From: Tricharina praecox
Taxonomy: Eukaryota
Length of the DNA stretch: 64,000 bases
Reading direction: 5' to 3'
Assembly (NCBI RefSeq): GCF_024521635.1
Contig: NW_026250403.1
Location: forward strand, 2,480,001-2,544,000
Every line of letters starts with the position of its first letter. Positions within the stretch are counted from its first letter, which is position 1. This document shows, in pieces, positions 60,259 to 64,000 of the stretch. Below the pieces are notes generated by a model. That model made no database searches. It was not told where the DNA came from and was given only the letters and a program-made list of their open reading frames with translations. A program made the position numbers and the translations under genes.

Positions 60259-61374
60259 GGTGGCTTTTTCGAATGTGAAGTACGGCTTGGGACCGGCCGA
60301 GTTATTGATGCAGAGTGCGTGATGTGTGTATCAAGGCACCGCTTGGTGGTACTGGTGTTGGTGGTGTTGGTGTTGGTGGTGTTGGTGTTGGTGGTTATGC
60401 GATTGAAGCAGGCTGCGGCTAAACCAATTGGAAAGAGACAAACAAAAGCGTCCGGTGGAAACGGAAGAAGCTATTCGTACTTTGCCGATGTGCGAAAACG
60501 TTTGGATTCCGATTGAGATGGTATGGCAGGTGATGGTGTAGTAGGAGACTGTTCGTAGGCTTGAGGAAGGAATGCGGCTTGCTTGAGGGCAGGCGAGTCG
60601 TCATTTATATTCAAGAGGCTCCAGGTGCATTTGCCAGGGAAGGTCTCCCGCAGTTCTCATTCCACACAACCTCGTTATGGTCGATGTACTCCAACTCATA
60701 GGGCACCACCACCTAGAGACAGTGGACACGCCGATTCGGGAGAAAAGGAAAAAAAGAAAAGAAAAAAGAAAGAAAAAACACCTCGAGAAAGTCGTGGTGG
60801 TTACGCTAGCTTCAGGACCACGACCTGTCAAGCATCTAGATGGATAGGAGCATGGATATTGGTTATGGGATGCTCCGGGGATCCAGTGGGAGAGTGATAT
60901 ATCAAGGGAGCTTCCCTCAGAATACTCCCGCAAAGGAGCCCTATGCGGACCATCGTACGTACGCCCACGCCCACGCTGCGTAGCTGTGGTCTAAACATAG
61001 GGTTGGGGTGGTAGCATAGCTTGCTTGATCCTGACTCGACGTCGTCCCGCTGCTCTGCAGTGTCTCGATCACGTCGAGCAATTATCTAGCTGGTTACTGG
61101 GTTCGGCTGGCAGCCTGGCTCTGGGAAGTGCAGAAGCCTCATGGCCGCTGAGAATGATCGATTGGTTAGTGGGATGGTGTACCACTAGCTACAGCAATAA
61201 GATGCTCACTTGACAGCCCATAATTATTCCCATCTATTATAGCTAGCTCTCGTGGTCTGACGTCGTGTATCAAAAGGAAGCAATGAGGTCTAGTCGGTGA
61301 GGCCGAAAAGGATCTAGGTCATTCATTGCCTGTGTTCTATTTGTTACTCAGGGTTGATGGGCGTACGGCGGAGG

Positions 61375-61494
61375 ACGGTGATGGTGGTCGTGGTAGTGGT
61401 GGTGGTGGCGGTGGTGGTGGTGGTGGTGGTCGATGGTAGGTGGTCGATGGTAGGTAGTGGTGGTGGTGGTGGTGGTGGTGGTGGTGGTGGTGGT
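61375..61494. repeat. Interrupted (GGT)n microsatellite
   Basis: About 120 bp of GGT/GTG units with occasional substitutions. Confidence 0.9.
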
Positions 61495-62951
61495 AATGAC
61501 AGTTTGTTGTATGTGGTGGCCGTCCCTCGCGTTATTGTTGGTGGTGGGACTACTGGAAGCAACGGTAAAGGTCAATCGATGGTCGACAACAACAATCCAT
61601 GACCACCACGAGCGTTAGGTTTGCGGCTGGCCAAAAACGATAGCATCTATTCGTTTGTCCGAGTACGCCGACCACACCGAACGAAAAGAGAAAAAAAGAA
61701 AAATAATAACCTCGAATTATTCTCTCCTCTGAACATGAATCGAGTGTTTCAGCTCGAGTAAGTTAACTACTGGTGCGCAGAAACCCAGCCAAAGGAATAA
61801 TGGGGTCAGGGTTGTTCTCGTAAGAAATCAGGCCCTTGGCTTCTGCTGAGCCGCGTGCTGCTCACAGATCCGAATCGCGATGCGTAGATCTGAGGAGTCT
61901 CGAATTTAACGACTACCAGCTCTCCCTTGCTGCGATGGCTTGCGGCCCGCCGCCGACAGCCTTTCCTTTCCCAATCCCTTTGCTTCAGGTGCGGTATCTG
62001 CGAGGGATAATGCTTCTTTGTTCCCGCTTGATCCTGGACGATGGCTGGCCAGTGGGTGAGTATGGCTGGCTGTGGTGGCTGATTCGAGGAGCTAGTGGCG
62101 ATGATGGTGCGTGAATGATGATGATGATGCTGGTTGTCGGGGATGCACGCAGCGTTTACGCCGTTTGAGGCCTGCGCTAACCAGTTGGTGGCCTGCTCCG
62201 TCAACCTCCTTCTCCTCCTCCTCCTCCTCTCCGCCTTCTACGTCCTCCCTCGGCCACCTCTCCAGTCCAAGGCCAGCAGAATGACATTCCCTCTTTCTGG
62301 CCACTTTTCTCGATAGCTGTGGACAATTCACTGGATGTGTGCATCTGTCTCAAATCTCTCCCCACCCCCCTCCCTCTCTCCCTCTCGGAGAAAACCAGAC
62401 GAATGACCACCCCCATCCCCATAGCAGAACCGCACAACCCACGCACCTCGCACCACCCGATCATGTCGCAACGGGGACGAATCGGTACAGACATGTATGG
62501 AAGTACACAGATGCAAATCAAGTGAGTGAGCGGGGCCCGCCCGGCCCAAAGTAACGCTCGCGAGGGCTTACCTCCAGTCGCCAGCAGTCGGCATGCGCTT
62601 CTTTATGCACGCCATGCTGGTTTCCGTTACATACAGTACAAATGTTGTGTCTGGTTCACGGTATACCATACATATGCTACGTCGATAGAAATCGATCGGA
62701 TCGATGCATCATGACGGGTATCTGTGTAGGTGAACGGAGATACAGACGAGCCCCGTCCAAATGCCGGTGTGCGTGCACCGAGAAGGGGGGGGGGGGGGGG
62801 GGGGGGGGGGTCGGCGAGCCAATCATCGCCCGTCCAGGCCCACACACATCGAGAGCCGAAGGAAAAGAAACAAAGCGGTGGGCTCGACCCATGATTATGA
62901 CACGCAGCACATCGTACACCGCGAATCCGCGGGTATCCACTTTTGCGAGTT

Positions 62952-63171
62952 CAGATCTATTGATGTGGAATATCTGTGTGTGCTTGTTCGGATCCGTTGA
63001 TGTGGAATATGCGTGTGCTTCTTCAGAGATCTATTGATGCGGAATATGCATGCGCTTCTTCAGACCTATGGATGCGGAATATGAGTGTAATTCTTCAGAT
63101 CTATCGATGCAGAATACGAGTGCTCTTCTACAGATCTATTGATGTGGAATAGTAATGTGTGTGTGCTTCTT
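62952..63171. repeat. 35-37-bp minisatellite, 6 copies (cagatctattgatgYggaatatgcgtgtgcttctt)
   Basis: Units start at 62952, 62989, 63024, 63061, 63096 and 63131. Confidence 0.9.
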
Positions 63172-64000
63172 TCCTTCCCGCTAGCGTAAGTGTATTTGTT
63201 TATGGTTGCACCCGGTTCTATGCATGCAGTGCAGACGTACTCTACTCTAGATGATGGGGAGGGAGACGAGATAATGCGGCGATCCTGCGCAGTTTCGCTT
63301 CACACCACCACCACCACCTTTATTGGGCTTGACTCCCCCCTTCAATCCTCTGGGCCTGTGTGCGGGTTACTGTCCCCGGATCGAATGTACACGTGAATCG
63401 ACCGGCCGAGGGAAGGAGGGAGGGCTGTTTGACTCTGGCCGGCTAGGTAGTCGAGCTGGGATATCGTCGTGGCAATTGGCCATGCGAAACGGAAAACGGT
63501 GGCGCGATTCGACGGATAACCGCAGATTGGTGGGTGTGTGCGGCACACAATATATACGACTGTGGGTTTATACGACTGTGGGTTGCAAGTTTGGAGCAAT
63601 ACGACGCCCCGCCGGGACCTCAGCATGATGCCGATAAGTTAGTCAGTGGATGATTTGTGAATAGCCAAGATATATGCAGCAAGGCTCTGATGAAAAGATA
63701 CGTTCCATCCGTTCCGAAATCGAGGGAGGGGAGGGGGAGGGAACTGCTGTGCTATGCATGTCCATCAGGAGGTTGGTATCTGGATATTAGGGAGATGGAG
63801 GGGGAGGGGCCGCTGAGCTGGGTAGCGGGTAGTAGGGACGGCTTGAGATGATATCGCAGCGGTATATTGGGTACTGGCAAAACGTCACGGAAGACAAGGG
63901 AAGAGAGCCAACCGAATTAGCGGGAGCAAGCAGGAAGCGGAGGTTGTGTGGGTTGTGTGGGTTGTGGTTGCGAGGGGGGTTGTGAGGGTTGTGAGGATTG

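Noticed and set aside
27527-61752. Scattered TGAAACA (Ste12-type) sites in the long intergenic regions
   Set aside because: About ten seen in 64 kb, close to the roughly eight expected by chance for a 7-mer on two strands.
62952-63171. CRISPR-like array
   Set aside because: Units are contiguous and homologous throughout, with no unique spacers and no cas genes, in a eukaryotic genome.

Overview
Eukaryotic DNA from a filamentous ascomycete: short GT-AG introns with CTRAC/CTRAY branch points and a dispersed 5S gene (a Pezizomycetes-type fungus is my guess only). The left 25 kb is gene-dense: ATG2, DID2/VPS46 (with a GC-AG intron), NUP85, RIO1, an ABCG half-transporter, a stand-alone Copia-Gag-like ORF and a Zn2Cys6 transcription factor. 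The right 39 kb is gene-sparse and rich in simple repeats. It holds a Tc1/mariner-type MITE, a divergent DUF924-like gene, a MARVEL-type gene, a 5S rRNA gene, a short HAM-8-like membrane protein gene and a short-chain dehydrogenase. The most striking observation is a pair of tiny Met-Cys-starting Cys/His microprotein genes: 35914..36186 (+, 90 aa) and a three-exon 55-aa gene at 59698..60258 (-) that the ORF track cannot assemble. They share a seven-ligand spacing, each adjoins about 10-11 kb without a recognisable gene, and they point inward around the central block. All gene models were read by eye; family names come from motif recognition, not from database searches.
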